From NCBI GenBank assembly GCA_965214095.1, contig OZ243938.1, positions 320,001 through 384,000 on the forward strand: a DNA stretch of 64,000 bases, read 5' to 3'. The notes under the pieces were generated by a model, which made no database searches, was not told the DNA's origin, and saw only the letters and a program-made list of their open reading frames with translations. The DNA is from Candidatus Poribacteria bacterium (lineage in GTDB: Bacteria > Poribacteria > WGA-4E > WGA-3G). The position numbers and the translations under genes are program-made. This document shows positions 1-8,854 of the stretch, one piece after another. The stretch's first letter is position 1, and the number at the start of each line of letters is the position of its first letter.

Positions 1-142
1 CGGATATTGTTTAGTGCTTCATAAACATTAGAACGTCGTCTTCCAGTTTTGGCAAGACCTACTTTTGTAACATTCGTAGCCATATAGTTTCTCCCTTTAT
101 TTACAAAGGACACATCATTGATTAGAATTAAACGATTGACAG

Positions 143-1024
143 TTATCCATCTAAAATTGGTCGTAATAGTCCCCGATTTTTTTCTAAGAGTATAGTTGCA
201 TCATCTTTGTTGATTCCTTTAACCAACATTACAATTGCTATCTTTGCATTACCTTCAGCTTTATTCAAAGTCTTTCGTGCAATTGCGGTTTCTACACCTG
301 TAACAGTTTGAACAATTCTGATACACCGCTCAACTAATTTTGAATTTGTGGCATTCACATCCACCATAAGGTTATTATATACTTTTCCAATTTTCACCAT
401 TGAAACGGTTGTCAGCATATTTAGAACTAATTTTGTTGCAGTTCCGGCTTTCAAACGAGTTGACCCTGTGATTATTTCAGGACCAACAATTGGGGTGATG
501 AAGTGATCAACATACTCCTCTAATTCTTCTGCAGGTGGAACACACGACAGAAATATAGTTTTGACTCCAATTGCATGTGCTTGGTTTAATGCACCTAAAA
601 CATAAGGAGTTCTTCCACTTGTTGCTATGCCAACGAGAATGTCTTTCTCTGTCAGTTTAAAGTCAAGAATTGCATTTGCACCGCGATCTAGTTTATCCTC
701 TTCACCTTCTACTGCATTACGCAAAGCCGTATCCCCTCCTGCAATGATTCCTTGTACCATTTCTGGGTGTGTACTAAAGGTAGGTGGACATTCAGAAGCG
801 TCCAAAACACCAAGTCTCCCACTTGTCCCCGCACCAATGTAAAAGAGGCTACCTCCATTTTGAAATGTCTTGACTATCATCTCAATTGCATGTGAGATGG
901 ATTCTGATTCATCTGCAACTGCATCTATTGCCTTTTGATCTTCCTCGTGAAAAATCTGAACGATTTCTGAGATTGACCTTAAATCAATGTCAGTTGAATT
1001 TGGATTTCGTTGTTCTGTTATCAC
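143..1024 (-). CDS. murQ: N-acetylmuramic acid 6-phosphate etherase
   Basis: TEQRNP N-terminus, GAGTSGRLGVLDASECPPTF and GPEIITGSTRLKAGTATK motifs. Confidence 0.95.
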   Translation of the reverse strand: MITEQRNPNSTDIDLRSISEIVQIFHEEDQKAIDAVADESESISHAIEMIVKTFQNGGSLFYIGAGTSGRLGVLDASECPPTFSTHPEMVQGIIAGGDTALRNAVEGEEDKLDRGANAILDFKLTEKDILVGIATSGRTPYVLGALNQAHAIGVKTIFLSCVPPAEELEEYVDHFITPIVGPEIITGSTRLKAGTATKLVLNMLTTVSMVKIGKVYNNLMVDVNATNSKLVERCIRIVQTVTGVETAIARKTLNKAEGNAKIAIVMLVKGINKDDATILLEKNRGLLRPILDG

Positions 1025-1038
1025 AATCAGGTAGTATA

Positions 1039-1959
1039 CTATTCAGTTAGTTTATTATTTTCCATTGCCAATAGAACTGCACCATAAGCTGGTTCATGTA
1101 TCGGCTTAATAACATTGCTTCCAATTATTATCTTCTCAATCCATCTTTGAAGTTTATCCGCTAAAAGTGATTGATTTAATAATATTCCTCCAGTAAATAC
1201 TATATCAAACTGCTGAGTGAAATCCAATTGTACCGTCACCGTCTCAACTGCACAAGCGAGTTCACTAAATGCGTTATCTACAATTTGAATTGCTCTCTCA
1301 TCATTCATTTCTGCTGCTTCAAATACCGATCCGGACAATTGTGCGATTTCATCTCTGCTTGCAGCGTGTGTCCACCGAATCAATTCGTTTGGAGCATTCA
1401 GCTCAAGTCTCTTCAGAATCAAGTCCGTTAACAGAGTCGATTGTCCACGTTTGTCTGCTGCGCGTGTGATAGATTGTAATCCCTTTAGGGCAATATCGTA
1501 TCCACTTCCTTCATCTCCGAGTAGATAACCCCACCCACTTGCACGAACCTCTTTACCGCTCTCATTGATTCCATATACAATCGAACCTGTTCCAGAAATT
1601 ACTATCACACCTGCTTGTTTTCCTGTTCCACCAACTAATGCAATATGTGCGTCATGTGTAAGAATACGATCCTCATTTATTCCTATCTTATCGCAAATCT
1701 GTCCGATAACGATTCTATCTTCTTCTCGTCCCAATCCAGCCATACCTATGCATACTGGAATAGACTGAAACGAGGTGTTATCAATATGAGTGGATAGTTC
1801 CGTAATGATTTCAAGCAGAACTGCTTGTGTCTGTTCAATGCCAACAACGTGATAGTTTGATGGACCTGCCTGAACTTTTGCAACAATTTCACCAGTTTCT
1901 GTTGCTAAAATACTTGCTGTTTTTGTTCCTCCGCCATCAATTCCGATTACATAACTCAT
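1039..1959 (-). CDS. BadF/BadG/BcrA/BcrD-type N-acetylglucosamine/MurNAc kinase
   Basis: GIDGGGTKT, ISGTGS and GWGYLLGDEGSG motifs; directly upstream of murQ; start at MSYVIG chosen. Confidence 0.88.
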   Translation of the reverse strand: MSYVIGIDGGGTKTASILATETGEIVAKVQAGPSNYHVVGIEQTQAVLLEIITELSTHIDNTSFQSIPVCIGMAGLGREEDRIVIGQICDKIGINEDRILTHDAHIALVGGTGKQAGVIVISGTGSIVYGINESGKEVRASGWGYLLGDEGSGYDIALKGLQSITRAADKRGQSTLLTDLILKRLELNAPNELIRWTHAASRDEIAQLSGSVFEAAEMNDERAIQIVDNAFSELACAVETVTVQLDFTQQFDIVFTGGILLNQSLLADKLQRWIEKIIIGSNVIKPIHEPAYGAVLLAMENNKLTE

Positions 1960-2002
1960 AGAACACATCTATAGCACAATACTCATCAGGATAACATATT
2001 CA

Positions 2003-2031
2003 TTGACAATTCAGATTAAATCAGTTAGAGT
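2003..2031 (+). promoter_or_regulatory. putative sigma70 promoter
   Basis: TTGACA-N17-TAGAGT upstream of the GGAG RBS of the 2083 gene. Confidence 0.4.
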
Positions 2032-2082
2032 AATATAGCACAATTCATATCAAAACACAATCATTTTATCTGGAGATCTCTC

Positions 2083-3042
2083 ATGAAAACAATACAATGG
2101 TTTCTCTTTCTATCATTCACATTATTAGTTTTATCGGGTTGTTCACAGGACAGTACCCAAGTTGAGTGGAAAAAGGTAGACAGTGGAACAGAAGCACATC
2201 TCTACGGAATTCATTTTGGAGATGATAAACATGGTTGGACAGTCGGTACAAATGATACTATCCTGTCTACAACCGATGGTGGAAAAACTTGGACTGAAAC
2301 AAAAAATGAAAAAGTAACTGATACATCAACAGATACTAATTATACACATGTAAACTTCACATCTCCGAAGCATGGTTGGTTGGCAAGTATAGGTAAGGTG
2401 TCGTATACCGGAAGTGGTGGAAATTCATGGAGTGTTCAATACCAAGAACGCACAGTTGGAAAGAAACCTTCTGGGATATTAGACTTATATTTTGTCACGA
2501 AAACAGAAGGTTGGGCAGTTGGAGGACTTGGAACAATTCTCCATACACAGAACGGTGGTGGAAAATGGGAAAAGATCAAGACATTTTCTGATATACATCT
2601 GTGGGGTGTGTTTTTTGTTGACACTGACCACGGATGGATTGTTGGACAAGAAGGTGAAATCTTACATACAGAAGACGGTGGTAAACAGTGGATACGTCAA
2701 GATAGTAGAGTAGAACAACCTTTATTTGCTGTCCATTTTGTGGATACAATGAATGGTTGGATTGTGGGAACAGATGGTCTGATTTTGCATACTGCTGATG
2801 GTGGAGAAACATGGGACCGACAGACAAATCCTCTTAAACAGAGTCTACGAGATGTTGAATTTCGTAATGAAAAAGATGGGTGGGCAGTTGGAGAAGAAGG
2901 TATGATATTACATACCAATGATGGTGGTATCACATGGAACCCTTATCCATCGCCAACCACGCACAATTTACAGGATATTTTCTTCACAAAAAAATCTGGC
3001 TGGATTGTTGGGGAGAAGGGTACAATACTGATGAGGAAGTAG
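2083..3042 (+). CDS. Ycf48-like BNR/Asp-box beta-propeller lipoprotein
   Basis: Lipobox LSGC; repeated GWxVG...ILHTxDGGxTW blades. Confidence 0.88.
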   Translation: MKTIQWFLFLSFTLLVLSGCSQDSTQVEWKKVDSGTEAHLYGIHFGDDKHGWTVGTNDTILSTTDGGKTWTETKNEKVTDTSTDTNYTHVNFTSPKHGWLASIGKVSYTGSGGNSWSVQYQERTVGKKPSGILDLYFVTKTEGWAVGGLGTILHTQNGGGKWEKIKTFSDIHLWGVFFVDTDHGWIVGQEGEILHTEDGGKQWIRQDSRVEQPLFAVHFVDTMNGWIVGTDGLILHTADGGETWDRQTNPLKQSLRDVEFRNEKDGWAVGEEGMILHTNDGGITWNPYPSPTTHNLQDIFFTKKSGWIVGEKGTILMRK

Positions 3043-3084
3043 ATTGCAATATGCCTCAAATATAGTGTATTCTAATGCAATTCA

Positions 3085-3480
3085 TTATTTTGATATCAAA
3101 GACAGATAGTAATCATGAAATTTATTGATATAGTGTTGTTGGATGGCAGTTGTGACAAAACCTAATCCGAACAGTGTAAGTAGAACTGCTGTTATGGGTA
3201 AGTGCCGATGCACCTGTAAATTGTATTTATGTTCAACCCAGTTAATGCTCTGTGACATTTTGTATTCTTCAAATACTCCGTAAATTCCACATGTAAAGAA
3301 TGAAAGAAAAATCCATCGCCAAAAATAGTATTCTGTCCTACCCAACCATGCATTCAGTGTTTTCATCTGCCTGTATTGCCAATACAGTAAATAAATTCCC
3401 AAAGTAAGCAGAGATAGAATAATACTGACAGCAATGTTCTGCGTAATGCTATATGTTTGATATGGGTTTTGGATTTGCAT
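3085..3480 (-). CDS. DUF4234-like small membrane protein
   Basis: LTLGIYLLYW and FTCGIY repeated TM motifs; paralogue of 4043-4429. Confidence 0.7.
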   Translation of the reverse strand: MQIQNPYQTYSITQNIAVSIILSLLTLGIYLLYWQYRQMKTLNAWLGRTEYYFWRWIFLSFFTCGIYGVFEEYKMSQSINWVEHKYNLQVHRHLPITAVLLTLFGLGFVTTAIQQHYINKFHDYYLSLISK

Positions 3481-3490
3481 CTATATGTTA

Positions 3491-3625
3491 TACCACTTCT
3501 AATTAAAAACTACTCATTATCAAAACAGACGCTCGTAGTCGCGCAATTCATTGCGCCTCTTACATTCAGCAAATTGAGGATAAATCTACAAATTCACAAT
3601 GACACCTTATCTATTAGAATTGGTA
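3491..3625. mobile_element. putative MITE containing a GTAG REP hairpin
   Basis: TIR TACCACTTCTAAT / ATTAGAATTGGTA; internal GTAGTC-GCGCAA-TTCA-TTGCGC at 3535-3556. Confidence 0.5.
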
Positions 3626-3666
3626 TTACAATACTTTAATCTTCTAAAGAAACTTTGTCTATAGGG

Positions 3667-4062
3667 TTACCATATAATTGGCTTTAACTTCATAAACCAC
3701 ACTGAGAGACAGAAAACAATACCACAGATTGAAATAGAATTCCGTGTTCTTGTGGATAGACCGTTCCAAACATCTGTTATCTGAGATGGAAAGAGTGCGA
3801 TACCCATTGCTAAACCTATGAGGAGAAAAGAGAGTGGATGGTAATGCCACGCATCAGTGAAATGTCCGTGCGTAATGGAAAGACAAGCGCGTGTCATACC
3901 GCACCCTGGACACGGAACATCTGTCACAGTGTGAAATACACATGGTAGCAATGAGACTTCGTCTGGTGCTTTTGCAGTGACTGCTGTAAAGATCCCAATT
4001 ACTGCCAATCCTATAAGAAAAATACGAGCAATAAGAATGTGATTAACCATCAGTATGGTCAC
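3667..4062 (-). CDS. DUF2752 domain membrane protein
   Basis: CVFHTVTDVPCPGCGMTRA...HG...AWHYHP signature. Confidence 0.85.
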   Translation of the reverse strand: MTILMVNHILIARIFLIGLAVIGIFTAVTAKAPDEVSLLPCVFHTVTDVPCPGCGMTRACLSITHGHFTDAWHYHPLSFLLIGLAMGIALFPSQITDVWNGLSTRTRNSISICGIVFCLSVWFMKLKPIIW

Positions 4063-4429
4063 CGTAGAGTTTATTGATGTGATATTGTTGAATTGCTATT
4101 GAAACAATACCTACACTGAATAACGCTAACAGAACACATAGAATCGGTAAATTGATATCTACGTACATGCCTTTGTTCGTCTGAATTTCATTGATACCAG
4201 TCGCCATCTTATATTCATAGTATAATCCGAAAATACCACATGTTAGGAAAGAGAGTAAAAGCCATAAGATGAAAGAATAATCCTCTCTTCCAAGCCAAGC
4301 GTTTAGTGTTTCCATCTGTTTGTATTGCCAATATAGACTATATAGACCACAGGTTATTATTGTAAGTATGATTCCTGTTACAATATTGCGTCTTCCCTCG
4401 TACTCTGGATATGGATACTGATCTAGCAT
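4043..4429 (-). CDS. DUF4234-like small membrane protein
   Basis: IITCGLYSLYW and FLTCGIF motifs, terminal QxxIN; start after GGAG RBS. Confidence 0.75.
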   Translation of the reverse strand: MLDQYPYPEYEGRRNIVTGIILTIITCGLYSLYWQYKQMETLNAWLGREDYSFILWLLLSFLTCGIFGLYYEYKMATGINEIQTNKGMYVDINLPILCVLLALFSVGIVSIAIQQYHINKLYGDHTDG

Positions 4430-4493
4430 TATTATCTCCAATTTTTAATCTGTCAATGTTTGTTAGAATATATTACGAAACCTTCTTGCATTT

Positions 4494-5543
4494 TTATTCA
4501 CGCGGCAAAGTAATTGTGTCTGGCACGATAATTTCTCTCTTGATAATTTTTTCTTTTAACGATTCTACCTTCGTTATAATTTCTTCTGAGAGTAGTGGCA
4601 TGTTGTGTTCATCAACTGCATAATAGACACCACCGTCTTCTAATCCAAAGTAACGCACTCCCGCCATGAAATTTCCATCAATGGTCTCTTGTATGATACG
4701 TTGAACAGATACAGGGATTTCTTTTGCCATACTCGTCAAAACAAGTCCAGGGGCAAGGTCGTTCCCGTTGGAATCCACCCAAATAATAAAGTTCTGTGTT
4801 TCTTGTGCTGCTTCAAGGACTCCCTGTCCTGAACCACCCGCTGCAGTGTATATGACATCAACACCACTTGCATATTGTGCTAATGCGATCTCTTTCGCTT
4901 TCTCAGGTTGAATGAAACCTGTAGCATCTAAACTGATGTATTCAACAGTAATATCAGCCATTGGATTAATTTCACGAATACCTGCAATATATCCGGCTTC
5001 AAATTCATGGAGTAATGGAACATCAGCACCACCGATATAACCTATTTTTCCAGTTTCTGATTTTAGTGCTGCGATTGCTCCGACAAGGAAGGATCCTTCA
5101 TTTGATTTATAGTTTAAAGCAGCTACGTTTGGCATTTCAAGTACGACATCAAAGATAGCAAATTTCACATCTGGAAAATCTGGAGCAACAAGTCTGAGAA
5201 TATCTCCCATTTGATAACCCGCTGTTATTACAAGATCAGAGTTTTGGGCGGCTTCTCTCATCAACATCTCAGTTGCGTCAGGATCGTTTTCATTTCCGTT
5301 CAATTCTGTTAGCATTATCCCAAGTTCAGTGACAGCAGTTCTTACACCGATATGAAAACCATCACAGTAAGCAGCAGATCCAACGCAGTCATTGGGATAA
5401 ATCATCGTTACTTTTAACGGTGTTGAATCCAACATACTTGCATCATCGGTGTCAACCACTTTCTCAACATATTCACATCCGAATACGACTACAGACATTA
5501 ATACTATAATCATTGGTAAACAAGCATTCTTGATATATTTCAT
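4494..5543 (-). CDS. BMP family ABC transporter substrate-binding lipoprotein
   Basis: EGSFLVGAIAA, KIGYIGG and GVDVIYTAAGGSGQG motifs; lipobox VFGC; probable start MKYIK. Confidence 0.88.
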   Translation of the reverse strand: MKYIKNACLPMIIVLMSVVVFGCEYVEKVVDTDDASMLDSTPLKVTMIYPNDCVGSAAYCDGFHIGVRTAVTELGIMLTELNGNENDPDATEMLMREAAQNSDLVITAGYQMGDILRLVAPDFPDVKFAIFDVVLEMPNVAALNYKSNEGSFLVGAIAALKSETGKIGYIGGADVPLLHEFEAGYIAGIREINPMADITVEYISLDATGFIQPEKAKEIALAQYASGVDVIYTAAGGSGQGVLEAAQETQNFIIWVDSNGNDLAPGLVLTSMAKEIPVSVQRIIQETIDGNFMAGVRYFGLEDGGVYYAVDEHNMPLLSEEIITKVESLKEKIIKREIIVPDTITLPRE

Positions 5544-5611
5544 AGGTGCTCCAAATCTGTTGGGTGACTGATTAATCCTGAGACTGCAACAATGTGTTTG
5601 GGATGATTCAT
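5540..5611 (-). pseudogene. possible 23-aa remnant of a NUDIX-hydrolase-like gene
   Basis: Strong GGAGG RBS, then MNHPKHIVAVSGLISHPTDLEHL*; PKHIVAV resembles MutT/NUDIX N-termini; stop overlaps the BMP ATG. Confidence 0.35.
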
Positions 5612-5622
5612 ACAATCCTCCC

Positions 5623-5904
5623 TCACTTATTACTAAAATGACATCGCAAACGGTACCATCTTAGCTGCCAAATCAATTTACTTAACTTAATACGGTGCAT
5701 GCTTAGTTGCTTCCCATTCATTTCAAGTACTGGAATTAGCAGTTTATATTTAGAAAACAGTCCAAGATTCTTCGTAATGTCAATTTCCTCAACAGCAATA
5801 AACGGTAATTTCGCTTGGACGTTCTTCAATATTAATTTTGCCTCATCGCAAAGCGGACAATCCGACTTCGTATAGAATTTAAGTTGAAGCGGCGTGTTCT
5901 TCAT
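5623..5904 (-). CDS. glutaredoxin-like protein (DUF836 type)
   Basis: FYTKSDCPLCDEA CxxC motif and IPVL cis-Pro; start MKNTP abuts the IS left end. Confidence 0.85.
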   Translation of the reverse strand: MKNTPLQLKFYTKSDCPLCDEAKLILKNVQAKLPFIAVEEIDITKNLGLFSKYKLLIPVLEMNGKQLSMHRIKLSKLIWQLRWYRLRCHFSNK

Positions 5905-5968
5905 CAACGTTTCGGGCAGGAAACCCAATCCTTTAGGTTTCGGAGGAATGCCCGCTCCTGTCCTTTTC

Positions 5969-5997
5969 TTGACAACTCATGTCAGATCTGTTATACT
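5969..5997 (+). promoter_or_regulatory. sigma70 promoter of tnpB with an overlapping palindrome
   Basis: TTGACA-N17-TATACT with extended -10 TG; TGACA-N5-TGTCA palindrome over the -35 box. Confidence 0.75.
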
Positions 5998-6000
5998 ATT

Positions 6001-6084
6001 CTCAGCATTGTTGGTAGAGAATACTACCCTCTCCGCTTGGAGAGGTCTCTACCATGCCAGTAGTATTGGTAAATAATGCTGGAG
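6001..6084 (+). ncRNA. putative structured (pseudoknotted) 5' leader RNA of tnpB
   Basis: Four complementary stems of 7-10 bp, one crossing; begins at the predicted TSS. Confidence 0.55.
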
Positions 6085-6091
6085 AAAAACA

Positions 6092-7213
6092 ATGCGAACC
6101 TATAAATACAAGATACGCAACCATTCTAAGAACAAACGCTTGGGCAACCTGTTTGATGATCTTGCTGATGTGCACAATCACTTTCTGCGTTTAGAAATGC
6201 GTTATTATCGCAGAAACGGTAAATATGCTGGTAGATATAGGCTGCAACCGCATCTTACGAAGTTGCTCAAGACAACCAAGAAACATTGGGCTTGGATACC
6301 GCGTGACACTTTGGATGCAGCGATTATTCGCATAGATGCTGCATATCAACGTTTCTTTGCTGGTCAAGGCGGACTTCCTAAATTCAAACGTAAACATCGT
6401 TATCGTTCTGCGAAGTTCCAAACAGGCTATAAACTTGAAAATGGACGGGTGCTTATCTCTTTCAAGTCGTGGAATGTCTCCACACAATCTCTGAAATTCA
6501 ATCGTCGCTGGTTTTCTTTTCATCAGCACCGAGACTGGCACGGCACTGTCCGCTATGTTCAAATACTCCGTGATAGTGCCGGTGAATACTGGCTTTACAT
6601 TGTCACCGATGATACTTCTACCGAACCTATGCGACAAACAGGTGAGAGCGTAGGTATAGACTTCGGATTGAAAACATTTTTGACTTTGAGCAACGGTGAA
6701 AAGATACAAGCACCAGAATTCTTGAAACAATCCTTGAAACATCTTCGCAAACTGAATAAAGCTGTGAGTTGTAAAGTCAAAGGGTCTAACAATTGGTGTC
6801 GCGCTATTAGAGAACTCGCCCGGCATCATATCAAGATAGCAAACCAACGGCTTGACTGGCAATGGAAACTTGCTACAGACTTGTGCAGAAGGTTTGATAC
6901 GATTGCTGCTGAAACGTTGAACCTTGACGGTATGAAGCGATTGTGGGGACGTAAAGTCTCCGATCTCGGATTTTACCAGTTTATTCAATTGTTGGCATTC
7001 AAATGTTTCAAACATGATAAACAGTTTCTGCAAATCGGACAATGGACACCTACAACAAAACCTTGTAGCAACTGCGGAGATAAAAACAATAATCTTTCTC
7101 TCAATGATAGGCAGTGGACATGTTCACAATGTAATTCAGAACATGATAGAGATATAAACGCTGCTATCAACATATTACGGGCTGCTTATGATCCCGTTGT
7201 GGAGCAGACGTGA
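6092..7213 (+). CDS. tnpB: RNA-guided endonuclease TnpB
   Basis: RuvC motifs GIDFGLK, IAAETLN and DRDINAAINI; CxxC...CxxC zinc finger. Confidence 0.93.
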   Translation: MRTYKYKIRNHSKNKRLGNLFDDLADVHNHFLRLEMRYYRRNGKYAGRYRLQPHLTKLLKTTKKHWAWIPRDTLDAAIIRIDAAYQRFFAGQGGLPKFKRKHRYRSAKFQTGYKLENGRVLISFKSWNVSTQSLKFNRRWFSFHQHRDWHGTVRYVQILRDSAGEYWLYIVTDDTSTEPMRQTGESVGIDFGLKTFLTLSNGEKIQAPEFLKQSLKHLRKLNKAVSCKVKGSNNWCRAIRELARHHIKIANQRLDWQWKLATDLCRRFDTIAAETLNLDGMKRLWGRKVSDLGFYQFIQLLAFKCFKHDKQFLQIGQWTPTTKPCSNCGDKNNNLSLNDRQWTCSQCNSEHDRDINAAINILRAAYDPVVEQT

Positions 7214-7306
7214 GACGGGTGTTCTCTTTGGAGAACAACGCTAACTGCTACGAAGCACAAGCTCAATCCTTTAGGTTTGGGTGCTATGACATTGAAAATG
7301 TACTTC
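7140..7306 (+). ncRNA. predicted TnpB omega/reRNA (scaffold plus flanking guide)
   Basis: Hairpins after the tnpB stop (GTTCTC-TTTG-GAGAAC and the right-end hairpin); standard reRNA position; 5' boundary approximate. Confidence 0.5.
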
Positions 7307-7327
7307 TTACATAAGTGCCAACAACTC

Positions 7328-8767
7328 TTATGCTAAAATGTCTTTGACGACATGTCCATGAACATCTGTCAGTCGGAAGTCTCTACCTTGGAACCGATAA
7401 GTCAGTTTTTCATGGTCTATACCTAATAGATGAAGCATTGTTGCGTGGAAGTCGTGAACATGTACGATATTTTCAACAGCATTGTAACCAAGTTCGTCAG
7501 TATTACCGTAGCTAATTCCACCTTGAACACCACCGCCAGCCATCCACATGGAGAAGCCTTTAATGTGGTGGTCACGACCACTTCCTTGTGCCATCGGAGT
7601 CCTTCCAAACTCTCCACCCCATATAACCAAGGTTTCGTCTAACATTCCTCGTTGTTTCAGGTCATTGACGAGAGCTGCAGTTGCTTTATCTACATACCCA
7701 GCAGTTGTTTTTATTGCGTTTTGAATTCCACCGTGATGATCCCATCCTCTATGATAAAGTTGAATAAAACGAACTCCCCGTTCAGCTAATCTTCGTGCAA
7801 GTAAACAGTTGGATGCGTATGAACCATCTCCGGGTTTTGCTCCATACATATCAAGGATTTCCTGTGGCTCTTTAGATATATCGGTTAATTCAGGAACACT
7901 TGTTTGCATACGGAACGCCATCTCATATTGATTGATACGCGTTGCAATCGTTGGGTCGTCAACTGTTTCATTGAGTATACTGTTCAAACTTTGAACTGCA
8001 CCTACCACATCTTCCTGCTGGTCTTTACTTACGCCATCAGGATTTGAGACATAGTGAACTGGATCACCTTTTGAATTGAACTGAACACCTTGGAATTGTC
8101 CGGGTAGAAATCCGCTGTGCCACTGGCGCGTTGCAATCGGTTGGTCTTGTCCACCACCAGAGGAGATAAGAACAACAAAACCGGGAAGGTTTTCATTCTC
8201 GCTACCGAGACCATATAACAACCATGACCCCATACTCGGTCTTCCTGAAATTGCGGTTCCTGTGTTCATGAAGGTGTGTGCAGGGTCATGATTTATCTGT
8301 TCGGTGCGTAAAGAACGCACAATGCAGATATCATCTGCAAGGCTGCCAATGTGAGGAAATGCTGAACTCATCACCTGTCCAGAATCACCAAAATTCTGAA
8401 ATTCATGTGTTGGTCCTAAACACTTAAGTGCATTTGCCTGACCTTGTAGCTGTGCAATCGGTTGTCCTTTTGTGTAGGATCGCGGCATCGGTTTACCATG
8501 CATTTCTGCAAGTTTCGGTTTATAGTCTAATGTCTCTAAATGTGAAGGTCCTCCAGCCATGCAAAGATGTATCACACATTTTGCTTTTGGTTGCACATGA
8601 GGTTCGGTTATGATTCCTTGCCATCGCTCAATCTTTGGGGCTGCATCAACCAACGACGGTGTGAGTAGAGAAGCAAGTGCAACTGACCCGACACCACGGA
8701 CTGTTTTGCCTAAAAATGTGCGTCTTGTGAGACGTAGTTTGGTTTCTTCATTTATACCGTTTGACAT
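7328..8767 (-). CDS. DUF1501 domain protein (Tat-exported, sulfatase-like fold)
   Basis: TRRTFLG Tat motif; GGPSHLET, RPSMGSW, WDHH, GEFGRTP and GRDH motifs. Confidence 0.92.
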   Translation of the reverse strand: MSNGINEETKLRLTRRTFLGKTVRGVGSVALASLLTPSLVDAAPKIERWQGIITEPHVQPKAKCVIHLCMAGGPSHLETLDYKPKLAEMHGKPMPRSYTKGQPIAQLQGQANALKCLGPTHEFQNFGDSGQVMSSAFPHIGSLADDICIVRSLRTEQINHDPAHTFMNTGTAISGRPSMGSWLLYGLGSENENLPGFVVLISSGGGQDQPIATRQWHSGFLPGQFQGVQFNSKGDPVHYVSNPDGVSKDQQEDVVGAVQSLNSILNETVDDPTIATRINQYEMAFRMQTSVPELTDISKEPQEILDMYGAKPGDGSYASNCLLARRLAERGVRFIQLYHRGWDHHGGIQNAIKTTAGYVDKATAALVNDLKQRGMLDETLVIWGGEFGRTPMAQGSGRDHHIKGFSMWMAGGGVQGGISYGNTDELGYNAVENIVHVHDFHATMLHLLGIDHEKLTYRFQGRDFRLTDVHGHVVKDILA

Positions 8768-8854
8768 ACAACTGATTCCTCCTTTGCCTAATCAATAGTT
8801 ATCGTAAAGAATACATTCAATCTGTTATAGATTAAAGGTCTGTCGTTATTCTAA

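Larger units (their letters stand above)
5905..7290 (+). mobile_element. IS200/IS605-family (IS1341-type, tnpB-only) element
   Basis: Matching subterminal hairpins CCAATCCTTTAGGTTTCGG (5924-5942) and TCAATCCTTTAGGTTTGGG (7263-7281); right end ...CTATGAC; left flank TCAT; exact ends inferred. Confidence 0.75.

Noticed and set aside
6191-7042. 283-aa antisense ORF within tnpB
   Set aside because: Shadow frame with no recognisable motif; the other short overlapping ORFs in the track were rejected for the same reason
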